Source: a virus
Taxonomy: Duplodnaviria; Caudoviricetes
IMG/VR virus record: IMGVR_UViG_3300025653_000035
Span: 1,094 to 65,093 of that record
Length of the DNA stretch: 64,000 bases
Reading direction: 5' to 3' (one strand)
Part shown: positions 1-9,829 of the stretch, one piece after another
Position numbering within the stretch: the stretch's first letter is position 1
Layout of the letters: every line of letters starts with the position of its first letter
The notes under the pieces: generated by a model
Told to the model about the DNA's origin: nothing
What the model saw: only the letters and a program-made list of their open reading frames with translations
The model's database searches: none
Made by a program: the position numbers and the translations under genes

Positions 1-41
1 ATTAGAATCTGATCATATTGTGAACTATCTACCGCTGGCAT
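1..41 (-). CDS. 5' fragment of next gene (MPAVDSSQYDQIL...), truncated by window edge
   Basis: ATG at 41-39 directly follows the stop of 42..2027; frame open to the edge; only 13 codons visible. Confidence 0.35.
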   Translation of the reverse strand, partial: MPAVDSSQYDQIL

Positions 42-2027
42 TTAAGTATACTCCAATTCTCTAAGGAGTGTTTGTGTGACAAAACTATTTAACGTATTAT
101 CACTGGTTGATATTGAGATTGGTGACTCTGCCTGTGGTGCTGGGGTAGGTGGAGGGGGTGCTTCTCCCCCCATGGGAATTGGAACAGTGATCAATTGTCC
201 CCTTCTTTCTGGTGTTACTTGCCTCGCAACATCAGTCTGAGAAGGCACTGGTTCAAGAGATGGACCACCAATACCAAGATTTCTTTTAATTGTGTCTAGA
301 ATTCCACCACCAGTTCCAGTAACAGGTGGATTTTTTGAGAAAATCATTACATCGGTATATGGATCTGGACTAAAATCGCCACCATATGATGTTCCACTAA
401 GATTTGCAGTTGCCTCCATATGAATATGAGGTCCAGTGCTACGTCCAGTACTACCACTTCGTGCAAATGGAGTTCCTGCTGGAACATTACCACTAGTAAT
501 TAATTGCGCACTAAGGTGAGCAAATCTCAATCTAATACTTAAAGATGGAATAATAATGTCAGTATAATATCCATATCCTTTTTGCCACCTTGCTTCAACA
601 ACTTTACAAGGAAGTTTACAAGCAATATAAGTTCCAATGTCACAAGCATAATCAGCACCACCGTGTGGTCTTGTTCTACCAGCAGCCATAGAACCGAAGA
701 AATCTGACTTGATTGTGTCTCCAACACGACTACCTGTCGAAATTCTCTTATTTGGATCTATATTGATATTTCCAGATGGTGTTTTGTAAGTACCACCCCT
801 AGATTCTCCCGATGTAGTTGCTGGACTACTTTTAATTTGCTGTAATACTGGTTTTAATTTATCAAATCCAATACTACCAGTATTTCCTGGTAAAACATAT
901 CCAGAAGCACTCTTAAAAGCACCAAACTCTCTTGCAAGTTCTTCACTAAACTGAGCATCGGTGATTTTACCTTGTAACCATTCATCAAGTCTTCTATTCT
1001 GCTTCAAATATGCAATGACCATTTTATCCTGATTATCAGGAGTAAACTTGGCAGTTAATGGGAGACCAGCAGCAGCGGCAAACTTTTCTGGAAAAAGCAT
1101 TTGATATCTACCAATCGCCGCTGATCTTCTTCCATCTTTCAGCTTTTCTTTTTGAAATGCAACAACCTCATTAATAGTCATATCTAAAATCTGAGGATGT
1201 GATTCACTTGGGTACATTGCACTATATCCACCTCCTGGTGATTCACCAGAACTAATCAAATCTAAGAGTGGTTTAAGTCGTCCCCCACCAGCAGTTCCGC
1301 CTGATGTACCTCCGCCCGCTGTACCTCCGCCCGCTGTACCTCCGCCTGGCATTTCTCCAGCATTAGCATCAGAAGATAATCCAAGTGATTTTAATAAATC
1401 AAAACCTCTAATAAATTCGTACATACTATACAATTCATTCCGAATTTTTTGCAATCCAACATCAACTTCATTTGAAGATTTTCTTGCTTCTAATTGATCA
1501 TCTTCAAAGTCATTACCAGTAATAGATGTTTTTATTGGTTGTAAAAATGATGTAAAATCAGAGAAGTATACAAACAATCCATCTTTCCAAGAAACAAGAG
1601 TATCAAAGACCTCTCGCATTCTTTCTCCAAGTTTTTGAGAACCTTTGATAATATTTGGAAGATTGTTAACCAACCATCCAACCATGATGGTTCCAATAAA
1701 ATCCATAACTCTTCCAAGGAATCCCTTGGTGCTACTAGCAATAAGTTTGGATCCTCTTGAATAAGATGAAGAAAGACTAATTACCTTTCCAGATTCAATA
1801 AGATCTTCTTGCTCCCTTCTTCTTACTGCTTCTCTTCTTTTCTGAAAAAGTTCTGTTTTTTTCAGAATTGCTACTTTCTTATCCTTATTTCCATCAGATA
1901 ACTGTTTAATTATAACAGAAGATGTTGAGTTTGCTACTCTTAAACTTTTGCCAAAAGAGTTTAATGATTTCTGAATAGAATCTATACTAGAACTATTTTT
2001 TGATAGAGATCTTTGTGCTTCTGCCAT
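42..2027 (-). CDS. Baseplate-hub-region virion protein with lysozyme-like domain and M23 metallopeptidase domain
   Basis: Coiled-coil/hydrophobic N-terminus; LLDLISSGES...AAIGRYQM (lysozyme-like); HGGADY...RFAHLS...STGPHIHME (M23 HxxxD/HxH motifs); downstream of gp26/gp51. Confidence 0.75.
   Translation of the reverse strand: MAEAQRSLSKNSSSIDSIQKSLNSFGKSLRVANSTSSVIIKQLSDGNKDKKVAILKKTELFQKRREAVRRREQEDLIESGKVISLSSSYSRGSKLIASSTKGFLGRVMDFIGTIMVGWLVNNLPNIIKGSQKLGERMREVFDTLVSWKDGLFVYFSDFTSFLQPIKTSITGNDFEDDQLEARKSSNEVDVGLQKIRNELYSMYEFIRGFDLLKSLGLSSDANAGEMPGGGTAGGGTAGGGTSGGTAGGGRLKPLLDLISSGESPGGGYSAMYPSESHPQILDMTINEVVAFQKEKLKDGRRSAAIGRYQMLFPEKFAAAAGLPLTAKFTPDNQDKMVIAYLKQNRRLDEWLQGKITDAQFSEELAREFGAFKSASGYVLPGNTGSIGFDKLKPVLQQIKSSPATTSGESRGGTYKTPSGNINIDPNKRISTGSRVGDTIKSDFFGSMAAGRTRPHGGADYACDIGTYIACKLPCKVVEARWQKGYGYYTDIIIPSLSIRLRFAHLSAQLITSGNVPAGTPFARSGSTGRSTGPHIHMEATANLSGTSYGGDFSPDPYTDVMIFSKNPPVTGTGGGILDTIKRNLGIGGPSLEPVPSQTDVARQVTPERRGQLITVPIPMGGEAPPPPTPAPQAESPISISTSDNTLNSFVTQTLLRELEYT
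1305..1346. repeat. 15-bp tandem repeat (TGTACCTCCGCCCGC x2.8) encoding a GGGTA linker
   Basis: Read directly from the sequence; encodes GGGTAGGGTAGGGTS before the lysozyme domain. Confidence 0.9.
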
Positions 2028-3616
2028 TAGACTGGGAGTACATTAAAGTTTGAATATGCACCAAGAGTATAGATGTTATCTCTATTATTTGTAGCAAAAG
2101 ATGGTGCATTATTAATAGGACTAGTTGCAACTGGTTGCTGCTGTGGTGCCGACTGTTGATTCTGAACCGGCATTGGAACGATATTCACAGGAGGTTCTGG
2201 TGCTGGTCCCACTCTTTGAGAAACGTCTACATCCTTCTTAATGGGAGTAAACATCTCAGTAACAGGTAATGTTGGAAATTTAGCAACATATTTCTCAGCA
2301 CCAGAAATAGAATCACTAAGATTTAAATCAAGATTGAATGCAGTATCAGCAGTTTTCATTTGATCTGCTTGGAACATCTTATTAGAATCACCTTCAATTG
2401 CTGGAGGTTCTTCCGAACCTTCAACAACAGGTGTTGGTGTTTCTATAGGTTCAATTGTTTTCTCACCATATTGTGCAGGCACATTAGGATCAATAGATTC
2501 TTCTGCTGGTTTACCCAACATAGTTTCTTGTGGTTTTGCTGTTGTCTCTACTTGATCTGGTTGCGTATCTTCTTTTTGATTTTTGAAGAACATAGAAGAA
2601 TCAATGTTTACAAGATTTAAATCTTTTGTAAACGATTCATTGACCATCTTTGTTGCCGCTTCATTGATCTTTTCACCAAAGATATTTTCAGTTGGCATTG
2701 CCAAAGAAGGACCACCCTTTGCATCAGGGTTTTCAATATTTAATGGTTCTGTTGGATTTCCTTGATAATTAAGACCCTGTTCAGAAGCAGTTTTGCCAGG
2801 ATCTATTTGAGGAGGTTGCTCTTCTCCTTGTTCTTGTGTATTATTTTCTCCTCTTACAGCATCAGCAGCAGCATCAAAGTCAATTTGGTTAAGTCCTGGT
2901 ATATATTGATTACCAGGAATTTTGTCTTTTATTTCACCAGCTTTATCAATAAGAAATCCTAAGAATTGTCTTATTGGTTGCATGAATATGCCAGTTAAAG
3001 CAATTGCACCAAGTAAAAGTCCAAATCTAGAAAATCTACCTCGCATTGCAGCAAGGGCAGACTTATAAATTGCAAGTGTTCCAGCAGTTATTGATAAATT
3101 CTTTATTACATTATCTCTAATTTCTTCTAACTTTTCCTTATTATTTTCACTGAGTGCTTTGATTGTCTCAACACCCTTGGTTAATAACCATCCACCAAGA
3201 AGTGATGCGAAGAATCCACCAAGACGCCCTAAAGTAAATTGTGCAGTATCAGCAAGTTTTTGAAGGGGAGCAAATGTTTTTGCCTGTATTTTTCTCTCAA
3301 TCTGACTTTCTTTTCCTTCTCGCAGTTTTGCTTCTGCTAGTCTTCTTTCTAATTCTTGTTCCTGTGCTTCTTTCTGCCTTTCTAAAGATTGTGAATTTGC
3401 TAAGTTTTGACTAACAACTTGTAATGAAGCAGTCAAAGAATTCATCTGGTTAGCAAGACCTTGTATCTGATTTGATACTGCTCCTAACTGTAATGAATTC
3501 CTATTAATCAAACCAGTAGTAACAGGATCTGGTTGGGCAGGAGGTAACGCCCTGCCAGTAAAGGCAGCAGGGGATATTCTTCTGGATCTACCTATGAGTG
3601 GAGATACTTCAACCAT
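2027..3616 (-). CDS. Coiled-coil virion protein in baseplate hub cluster (gp29/tape-measure-like position)
   Basis: Long Q/E/L coiled-coil N-terminus, two hydrophobic segments, low-complexity C-terminus; coupled to gp51 and 42..2027. Confidence 0.5.
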   Translation of the reverse strand: MVEVSPLIGRSRRISPAAFTGRALPPAQPDPVTTGLINRNSLQLGAVSNQIQGLANQMNSLTASLQVVSQNLANSQSLERQKEAQEQELERRLAEAKLREGKESQIERKIQAKTFAPLQKLADTAQFTLGRLGGFFASLLGGWLLTKGVETIKALSENNKEKLEEIRDNVIKNLSITAGTLAIYKSALAAMRGRFSRFGLLLGAIALTGIFMQPIRQFLGFLIDKAGEIKDKIPGNQYIPGLNQIDFDAAADAVRGENNTQEQGEEQPPQIDPGKTASEQGLNYQGNPTEPLNIENPDAKGGPSLAMPTENIFGEKINEAATKMVNESFTKDLNLVNIDSSMFFKNQKEDTQPDQVETTAKPQETMLGKPAEESIDPNVPAQYGEKTIEPIETPTPVVEGSEEPPAIEGDSNKMFQADQMKTADTAFNLDLNLSDSISGAEKYVAKFPTLPVTEMFTPIKKDVDVSQRVGPAPEPPVNIVPMPVQNQQSAPQQQPVATSPINNAPSFATNNRDNIYTLGAYSNFNVLPV

Positions 3617-3782
3617 TCTGTTGTGCTTTTAGGTTTTCTTCTTCAATATACTGTTGGAGGAAAGCAAGGTAAATTTCTTTCTCCCAAGGTATCATATTTT
3701 CTAGCTCTGTCAAGCTATATTTATGATGTTGCATCAAGGCAAAATTGACACGAAAGTATGACTCAAGATCAGTATGAGCCAT
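3609..3782 (-). CDS. gp51: Baseplate hub assembly catalyst gp51 (57 aa, absent from ORF track)
   Basis: Hand translation MAHTDLESYFRVNFALMQHHKYSLTELENMIPWEKEIYLAFLQQYIEEENLKAQQNG; MQHHKYSLTELENMIPWE is typical of gp51; follows gp26. Confidence 0.9.
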   Translation of the reverse strand: MAHTDLESYFRVNFALMQHHKYSLTELENMIPWEKEIYLAFLQQYIEEENLKAQQNG

Positions 3783-3784
3783 AC

Positions 3785-4501
3785 TCACGCGAAAAAACTT
3801 GCTAGACCCTCCAAAACAATTTCATTCTCAACCTCAGTGTTTGGATTCTTGACAGTAATTGTATGAGACAACTTAGGCATTGTAGAAAAGAAATTCTCAA
3901 TCTCTTTAAATTGTTTCGAACTCAATTGTTCAACAAAGTCTTTCAATTCTTTTTTAGTGCAGTCCGACGCTGACCAAGACTCCTCTTCATTATAAACTTG
4001 CTCTATACACGAAGTAATAATTTCAAATGTACCATCAACGCCAACATTTTCAACAGAAAAATTATTCTTGATGAATTCTTGCATTGAAGGATATCTCATT
4101 CTGAGTGTGAGATTATCATCAAGACGAATATCCTTTGAATGACTTTCATCAATCTGAACTTGAATATCATCCAGACTAATTGTCATCGGAACTTTGGTTA
4201 CACCATCGTCTGGACATGTAATCAGAACTTCCACTTCCTCGCCAACTGATTTACCACGAATGTTAAGGAAAAGATACTCAATATCAAAGGTAGAAAGTTC
4301 TTCTACTTTAATACCCCTAGTTATGATGCAACTTTTAATCACATCTTTAACCGCATTAGTAATCTGAGATGTGTCCTCAGACTCCATTGCAATGATTAAA
4401 ATCTTCTCTTCTTTAACTAGAAATGGTCTATACTTAATCTTCTTTCCAGTTGAAGGAATTACCAACTCATAAGTTGGTGTAGAAATTTTTGGTAAAGGCA
4501 T
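3785..4501 (-). CDS. gp26: Baseplate hub subunit gp26
   Basis: MPLPKISTPTYEL...YRPFLVKEEKILIIAMES; LNIRGKSVGE; LITCPDD. Confidence 0.92.
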   Translation of the reverse strand: MPLPKISTPTYELVIPSTGKKIKYRPFLVKEEKILIIAMESEDTSQITNAVKDVIKSCIITRGIKVEELSTFDIEYLFLNIRGKSVGEEVEVLITCPDDGVTKVPMTISLDDIQVQIDESHSKDIRLDDNLTLRMRYPSMQEFIKNNFSVENVGVDGTFEIITSCIEQVYNEEESWSASDCTKKELKDFVEQLSSKQFKEIENFFSTMPKLSHTITVKNPNTEVENEIVLEGLASFFA

Positions 4502-4540
4502 TACAATCCTTACAATTCAGTAAAATTATTTAGTGGAGTA

Positions 4541-5461
4541 TCAGAATATTCTTTCCCCAACAAATGAACTAGAATATGCAGATCCGTTCAATACACCAAA
4601 TGATCTACTTACATCAAAACCTGTTGAAGATCCAGGAGAGAATGCTGCTGTTGAATTAAAATTAGAAAGTTGATAATATCTTTCTGCCGCAGAATTTCCA
4701 GGAGCAGAAATTCCAGAATCTAGTTTGAAATTGCCATTAAATGTATCTGCGATTGGAATTCCATTAATAGTTCCACCAGCAGAATCCGATTGATTTCTAG
4801 GTCGCTCTTTATTGTTATCTCGTCCTGTGTAAACATCATAAGAATATGATCTACCAGAAATATATCTCTCATAACTAAACGATGCAGTTGCTTTCAGAAT
4901 GTTAGATCCCTCATATGAAACTGGTGTTGAGTTTAATGATATTGGAAACAAACCATAGAATCTATATTCAATATACCTATTATAATCCCTTTCAAATTTG
5001 ATAATTCTAGTTTCATTGCACTTGTACTCAATTGGATATCTCATTCTAAAATAGTATCCATCACGAAGTGGACTGACTCTATCACCAGCAGCATCAGTTG
5101 TACTTCCACTAGATATGAAATCCATCCAGTGCTCTAAAAATTTCAGAGATTTGTAAGAATTATCAACATAAAAATCTAAATCCATTTGCACAAATGTTCT
5201 AGTATGTGCAAACTTTTCTGCAACTCCCATATAGTTGCCAACAATATCAGTAGTAGCAAATCCACTTCCAGGTAAAGATGCTCTACTACACAATAAACCA
5301 ATAGACTCAGCAATGTAACGAGAGTCCATACCCCTAATTCTTAAATGCTCTCTAAGACTAGCACCTAATCCACCAAACTCAATCAAATAATGAGAGGTTT
5401 GTGCCAGATTTGTAAGAGTTGGTTTGATTTGAGATATTTTTTTCGGGAATGGTCTAGGCAC
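4541..5461 (-). CDS. Tail tube / tube-initiator family protein (gp19/gp54-like), GTG start
   Basis: LLCSRASLPG, FYVDNSYKSLKFLEHWMDFI, GLFPISLNSTPVSYEGSNILKATASFSYERY resemble T4 tube-family proteins. Confidence 0.7.
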   Translation of the reverse strand: MPRPFPKKISQIKPTLTNLAQTSHYLIEFGGLGASLREHLRIRGMDSRYIAESIGLLCSRASLPGSGFATTDIVGNYMGVAEKFAHTRTFVQMDLDFYVDNSYKSLKFLEHWMDFISSGSTTDAAGDRVSPLRDGYYFRMRYPIEYKCNETRIIKFERDYNRYIEYRFYGLFPISLNSTPVSYEGSNILKATASFSYERYISGRSYSYDVYTGRDNNKERPRNQSDSAGGTINGIPIADTFNGNFKLDSGISAPGNSAAERYYQLSNFNSTAAFSPGSSTGFDVSRSFGVLNGSAYSSSFVGERIF

Positions 5462-5462
5462 T

Positions 5463-5498
5463 CTAAATATCTTATATGTAATTGTTATAGTTATTTAG
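5463..5498. promoter_or_regulatory. Pair of overlapping, oppositely oriented T4-type late promoters (CTAAATA + at 5463-5469, - at 5492-5498)
   Basis: Both motifs lie in the 37-bp gap between divergent late genes. Confidence 0.75.
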
Positions 5499-5936
5499 AT
5501 GTCGTATAAGGGAAAATACAAACCATCAAATCCTCAAAAATACAAGGGAGACCCGACCAATATCATCTATCGTTCTTTATGGGAGAGAAAATTTGCCCGC
5601 TACTGTGATCTGAATGAAAATATATTAGAGTGGCAGTCGGAAGAGTTTTGTATTCCATATCGTTCCCCAATTGACAATAAAGTCCATAGATACTTTCCAG
5701 ACTTCTTTATTAAGTATAGAGATTCTAATGGTAAAATCAAAAGTTCTCTGATTGAAGTTAAACCATTAAAACAATGCTCACCTCCACCTAAACCCAAGAG
5801 GCAGACTAAAAAATATCTTGGTGAGGCATATGAGTATGCCAAAAATCAGGCAAAGTGGCAAGCAGCAAAAGAATATTGTAAAGATCGTATGTGGGAATTC
5901 AAAGTCTTAACAGAAAAAGAACTCGGTATTAAGTAA
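5499..5936 (+). CDS. gp4: Head completion protein gp4 (TnsA-like nuclease fold)
   Basis: MSYKGKYKPSNPQKYKGDPTNIIYRSLWERKF; HRYFPDF; IEVKP; KNQAKWQAA. Confidence 0.95.
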   Translation: MSYKGKYKPSNPQKYKGDPTNIIYRSLWERKFARYCDLNENILEWQSEEFCIPYRSPIDNKVHRYFPDFFIKYRDSNGKIKSSLIEVKPLKQCSPPPKPKRQTKKYLGEAYEYAKNQAKWQAAKEYCKDRMWEFKVLTEKELGIK

Positions 5937-6481
5937 TGGCAGAAGCAAGAACCATTAAGAGTGGTGGTAAAGTTGGTAAAAAATATTATTATGTTTATGA
6001 AACTGGTGAAGTTACATCCAGCAGTGATCCGACTATTGCCGTAGGTTCTAATGTTTATGAGCAAGAAATACGTAAGGATCCAAGACCAGCAAAAGATAGA
6101 CCAACAGACACTGACGAAAATCGAAATAGAATCCGTAGTGTAACAAATAGTCTGATTGGAATTAGAGATCCAGATGTTGTAATGGCACAACTATTACAGG
6201 TTTTGGAAAAGGCAGACGCACCAATACCAGGCAAATATTATGTTTATCGTTATCGTGCTATTACACCCAACATAAGATACGATAGAAACCCTGTGGTTCA
6301 AATGCGAATGCCCTTTGGAAACGGTTGGGTTGCACAAAACTACCATTGGTTGGGCAGAGGACAATCTGTAAGAAAATATCTTTCTAGTGAAGTTGTGTCT
6401 GATGGCATTTATGAAATCTATCCATCAGAACTTAGAGACGTTTTAACACTTCCCCTAGCAGATTTTGCTATGAGTAGCTAA
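5936..6481 (+). CDS. DNA end protector gp2-like protein
   Basis: C-half PGKYYVYRY...YDRNPVV...NYHW resembles short cyanophage gp2-like proteins; follows gp4. Confidence 0.55.
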   Translation: MAEARTIKSGGKVGKKYYYVYETGEVTSSSDPTIAVGSNVYEQEIRKDPRPAKDRPTDTDENRNRIRSVTNSLIGIRDPDVVMAQLLQVLEKADAPIPGKYYVYRYRAITPNIRYDRNPVVQMRMPFGNGWVAQNYHWLGRGQSVRKYLSSEVVSDGIYEIYPSELRDVLTLPLADFAMSS

Positions 6482-6484
6482 ATA
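6478..6484 (+). promoter_or_regulatory. Late promoter CTAAATA upstream of gp48
   Basis: CTAAATA-CCTAAAAACC overlaps the upstream stop, 18 nt before ATG. Confidence 0.7.
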
Positions 6485-6502
6485 CCTAAAAACCTGTCTG
6501 TA

Positions 6503-7558
6503 ATGGCAATAAGTCAAGAACAACTGGATGAAATTAGTTCTAATGCCTTTAAAATGGCATCGGAAGGGAAGACTTTAATTGACTTGGGAAAGTCTGCCCA
6601 GAATCCAACAAATGATCCTCAACAAACAAATGGTAAAGGTAAGGTTATAGACGATAAGATTTATAGGTATCCGTTGAGGATGATTGATTCTAAGACTGAT
6701 CATTTGTTGATAAAAATATTCCAACAGCAGAGATCTTCTGAGCTTTTTGGTCTTCCAACAGGATCAAATATAGCAAAACTCCCTGCGTTAACACAATCGT
6801 CAGACTATTTTAATTCTGAACAAGGTCGAGATGCTCTATTGAAGCAAGGAATTGCTTATGTAACTTTGCCTATCCCACAGCAAATTAGTGATTCATTGAC
6901 GGTTTCTTATGCTGAAGATACATTAAATCCACTTCAAGTTGCTGGATTAAATCTTGTAACAAATCTTACTAAGGGAAAAGTTGAAGAAACTGTCAAAACT
7001 TTGATTAATACAAAGAATCTTCCAGGAATAGATTCTGGCACAATAACTGCTGTTACTAATGCTTTGGCTGGAAACGCAATTAATCAGTTGGGTGCTAATG
7101 TAAATCCACAAGCATTGATTACAAGATCAACTGGTCAAATCTTACAGTCAAATCTTGAATTGCTATTCAGTGGTGTAACATTAAGAGCATTTCCATTCTC
7201 ATTTGATTTCACTCCAAGAGATCCACAAGAAGGTGAAATGGTTAAACAGATTATTAGAATTCTGAAAGAATCAATGGCACCAAAGGGAGGAAAATCGGGA
7301 GCAAGAAACTCTCTCTTTATTGGATCTCCAAACCTTTTCCAACTTGAATATAAAACAGGAAATGCAGAACATCCATTCTTGAATAGATTTAAAGTTTGTG
7401 CTTTAACTGATTTGCAAGTGAACTATACTGCTTCTGGAACTTATGCAACATATGGTGACGGAACACCAGTTCATATTAATGTAGCAATGCAGTTTAAGGA
7501 AATCAACCCAATCTATGCAGAGGATTATCAAGACGAAACAGGAGGTGTAGGATTCTAA
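6503..7558 (+). CDS. gp48: Baseplate tail tube cap gp48
   Basis: IYRYPL; LPIPQQISDS; NLELLFSGVTLRAFPFSFDFTPR; CALTDLQVNYT; FKEINPIY. Confidence 0.9.
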   Translation: MAISQEQLDEISSNAFKMASEGKTLIDLGKSAQNPTNDPQQTNGKGKVIDDKIYRYPLRMIDSKTDHLLIKIFQQQRSSELFGLPTGSNIAKLPALTQSSDYFNSEQGRDALLKQGIAYVTLPIPQQISDSLTVSYAEDTLNPLQVAGLNLVTNLTKGKVEETVKTLINTKNLPGIDSGTITAVTNALAGNAINQLGANVNPQALITRSTGQILQSNLELLFSGVTLRAFPFSFDFTPRDPQEGEMVKQIIRILKESMAPKGGKSGARNSLFIGSPNLFQLEYKTGNAEHPFLNRFKVCALTDLQVNYTASGTYATYGDGTPVHINVAMQFKEINPIYAEDYQDETGGVGF

Positions 7559-8265
7559 TGTCTTATTTCAGAGAGCTACCAGATCTTGAATATCAATCAA
7601 ATCTTTTACATAAGATCTCATCACAAGAATATGTAAGAGTTAAAAATCTTTTCCGTAGAGTTAAACTTCAAGACTACGTTCAAGATAACGTAACCTTATT
7701 TGATAAGTACACGATCTTAGAAGGTCAAAGACCAGATAATGTTGCAGAAGCATTCTATGGAGCATCAGACTTAGATTGGGTTGTAATCTTAACAGCAGAA
7801 ATTACGAATATTAGAGATCAATGGCCACTGTCAAATTATGAGTTATACAAATATGTTGATGACAAATATGGAAATACTCTAAATGATATTCACCATTATG
7901 AAACTGTTACTGTCATTGATTCAAAGGGAAGACTGATTCTTCCTGGCGGTCAAATTGTAAATAAAGAGTTTACAATTTCTGCACCATATGATTCAACATT
8001 AACATCAAATTCTTATACTGCTGTCGGTGCTTATGAGAACACAAAATATGCAGGGACAGGTGACATTAATCCTGTAATTGGTGTCTCAAACTATGAATAT
8101 GAAACTAAGAAAAACGAAGAGAAGAGACAGATATTCTTAATGAAACCAACATATCTACAACAATACTTAAATGAAATGAGAGAAATTATGAACTACAAAA
8201 AAAGTTCTCAATATGTGGATAGAAAACTAATCCGTACTGAGAACACTCGTTTAGTTGGACCATAA
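7558..8265 (+). CDS. gp53: Baseplate wedge subunit gp53
   Basis: MSYFRELPDLEY; GQRPDNVAEAFYG..DLDWVVIL; DQWPLS; IHHYET. Confidence 0.9.
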   Translation: MSYFRELPDLEYQSNLLHKISSQEYVRVKNLFRRVKLQDYVQDNVTLFDKYTILEGQRPDNVAEAFYGASDLDWVVILTAEITNIRDQWPLSNYELYKYVDDKYGNTLNDIHHYETVTVIDSKGRLILPGGQIVNKEFTISAPYDSTLTSNSYTAVGAYENTKYAGTGDINPVIGVSNYEYETKKNEEKRQIFLMKPTYLQQYLNEMREIMNYKKSSQYVDRKLIRTENTRLVGP

Positions 8266-8844
8266 AAGTTCCAACTTCTTATCAAACATCATAACATATC
8301 GGTGTTTGCGGGAGCGGTCTTTCCATTCTCCCTCAGCACCTTTTACTTTACCTCGTGAATGCTTGGTGCCATCGGCATAGTAGAAATCTTTCTTTGCATC
8401 TGACAAACCGCAATACTTAAAGTTGCAAGCCCTATAAATTGTACCACTATGGCGATCACTATCAGCGTATGAGATAATTGCTTTGACTTCTGTTTCGCTT
8501 CTAAATCTTTTAATCGCCTTTGCAACGAACCAAGAAGTAATGTTGTACTCTTGTGACTGCGTATCTGGGTGGATGCAGAGTCTTGAAAGTTCGAAGAGTC
8601 CTTGTTGTTCATTTCTGCCAAGACCAAATGCTCCTTGCGCTACTTCTGGAACTGGAAGTCCAGTGAAGATAATCACTCCCTGAATTCCACCAATATTTAG
8701 AGGTGAGAATTCGTTTTTCTTATAGAGACCGTAATTATATCCTGACTTGAAACTTTTTGAAAAGTCTTTCAAATAATGAAACCGCAGAAGTAACTCTGCG
8801 GCTTCGGATTTACTTACACGGTCAATGTAGTAATCAGACTTCAC
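8251..8844 (-). CDS. Mom-like GNAT-fold DNA adenine modification protein
   Basis: FHYL, ELSRLC, IISYAD, GTIYRACNFKYCG match Mu Mom family motifs as recalled; GTG start overlaps the gp32 stop (GTGA). Confidence 0.65.
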   Translation of the reverse strand: MKSDYYIDRVSKSEAAELLLRFHYLKDFSKSFKSGYNYGLYKKNEFSPLNIGGIQGVIIFTGLPVPEVAQGAFGLGRNEQQGLFELSRLCIHPDTQSQEYNITSWFVAKAIKRFRSETEVKAIISYADSDRHSGTIYRACNFKYCGLSDAKKDFYYADGTKHSRGKVKGAEGEWKDRSRKHRYVMMFDKKLELLWSN

Positions 8845-9785
8845 TCTTCGGCAAGACGTGCGAAGTATGCGAGAGCATCATCTTCATCATCGTCAGAAGA
8901 TGCAGCAGCAGAACTGCGAGTAGGTTGAAGAGAATTCAGTTCATCACGGAGATCATTAGTGAGATCATTAGATGAACCACGATTCTGCTCACGAAACTCT
9001 TGCTCTTCCATCACAGACTCTTCATCTTGGAAGCGAGGAGTACCCTTGTTACCCAGCACATAGTCCAGACGCTTTTTCAGTGCGTCATAGTCTTTGAACT
9101 GATCGGGAGCAGTGAACTCAGAGAGAGAAGATTGCTTCTTCCAGATTGCTTCCATAGCGTCATCATCTTCCAGGAGAGCGTCGGGGCGGGCAAACTCACT
9201 GGAGTCGTAGTTACGATAACCAGCAACGTTCTTCGCCTTCAACTTGAAGTTAGCACCTTGCCAGAAGTCAAACGGATCGATTGCTTCCTCATCTTCAAAC
9301 TCAGGTTGCATAGCAGCAGTGAGTTTATCAAAGATCTTCTTACCATACTTGTACAGCATCACCTTACCCTCATTCTGGGGATTTGCAGGATCTTTCACAA
9401 CATAGATATTGCTGATGTAAGTCAGTTTACGCTTCTGCTTACGGGCAGCATCTTTACCTGCGTCAGTGCCGTTGTTCCACAGCATAGAGTTGTATTCAGA
9501 CACAGGATCTTTCTGACCCAGAGTGGTGAGAGAGTTCTCGATATACCAACCGCCAGGACCTTGGAAGGCGTGGGAGTACAGTTTCACGAATGGCAGATCT
9601 TCTCCATTCGGTGCAGGGAGGAAACGGATAACGGCATAACCATTGCCGCTCTTATCACATTCCAGTTTCCAGAAACGGTCATCGGAAGAACCGCTGCCGT
9701 TGTTATTCATTTTTTCGACTTCCTTGACCAGTTTTTGAGTCAGGGAGCCCAGTTTGGATTGCTTCTTAAGGTCTGCGAAAGACAT
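8841..9785 (-). CDS. gp32: Single-stranded DNA-binding protein gp32
   Basis: MSFADLKK; DDRFWK; GNGYAVIRFLPAP; YGKKIFDK; DPFDFWQGANFKLK; acidic C-terminal tail. Confidence 0.97.
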   Translation of the reverse strand: MSFADLKKQSKLGSLTQKLVKEVEKMNNNGSGSSDDRFWKLECDKSGNGYAVIRFLPAPNGEDLPFVKLYSHAFQGPGGWYIENSLTTLGQKDPVSEYNSMLWNNGTDAGKDAARKQKRKLTYISNIYVVKDPANPQNEGKVMLYKYGKKIFDKLTAAMQPEFEDEEAIDPFDFWQGANFKLKAKNVAGYRNYDSSEFARPDALLEDDDAMEAIWKKQSSLSEFTAPDQFKDYDALKKRLDYVLGNKGTPRFQDEESVMEEQEFREQNRGSSNDLTNDLRDELNSLQPTRSSAAASSDDDEDDALAYFARLAEE

Positions 9786-9829
9786 TTAGATTACCTCGGA
9801 TTTGTTGGATTGTTTGGATTTGCTTGGAT
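9786..9829 (-). repeat. AATCC-repeat, G-poor leader of gene 32
   Basis: Minus strand ATCCAAGCAAATCCAAACAATCCAACAAATCCGAGGTAATCTAA-ATG. Confidence 0.7.
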
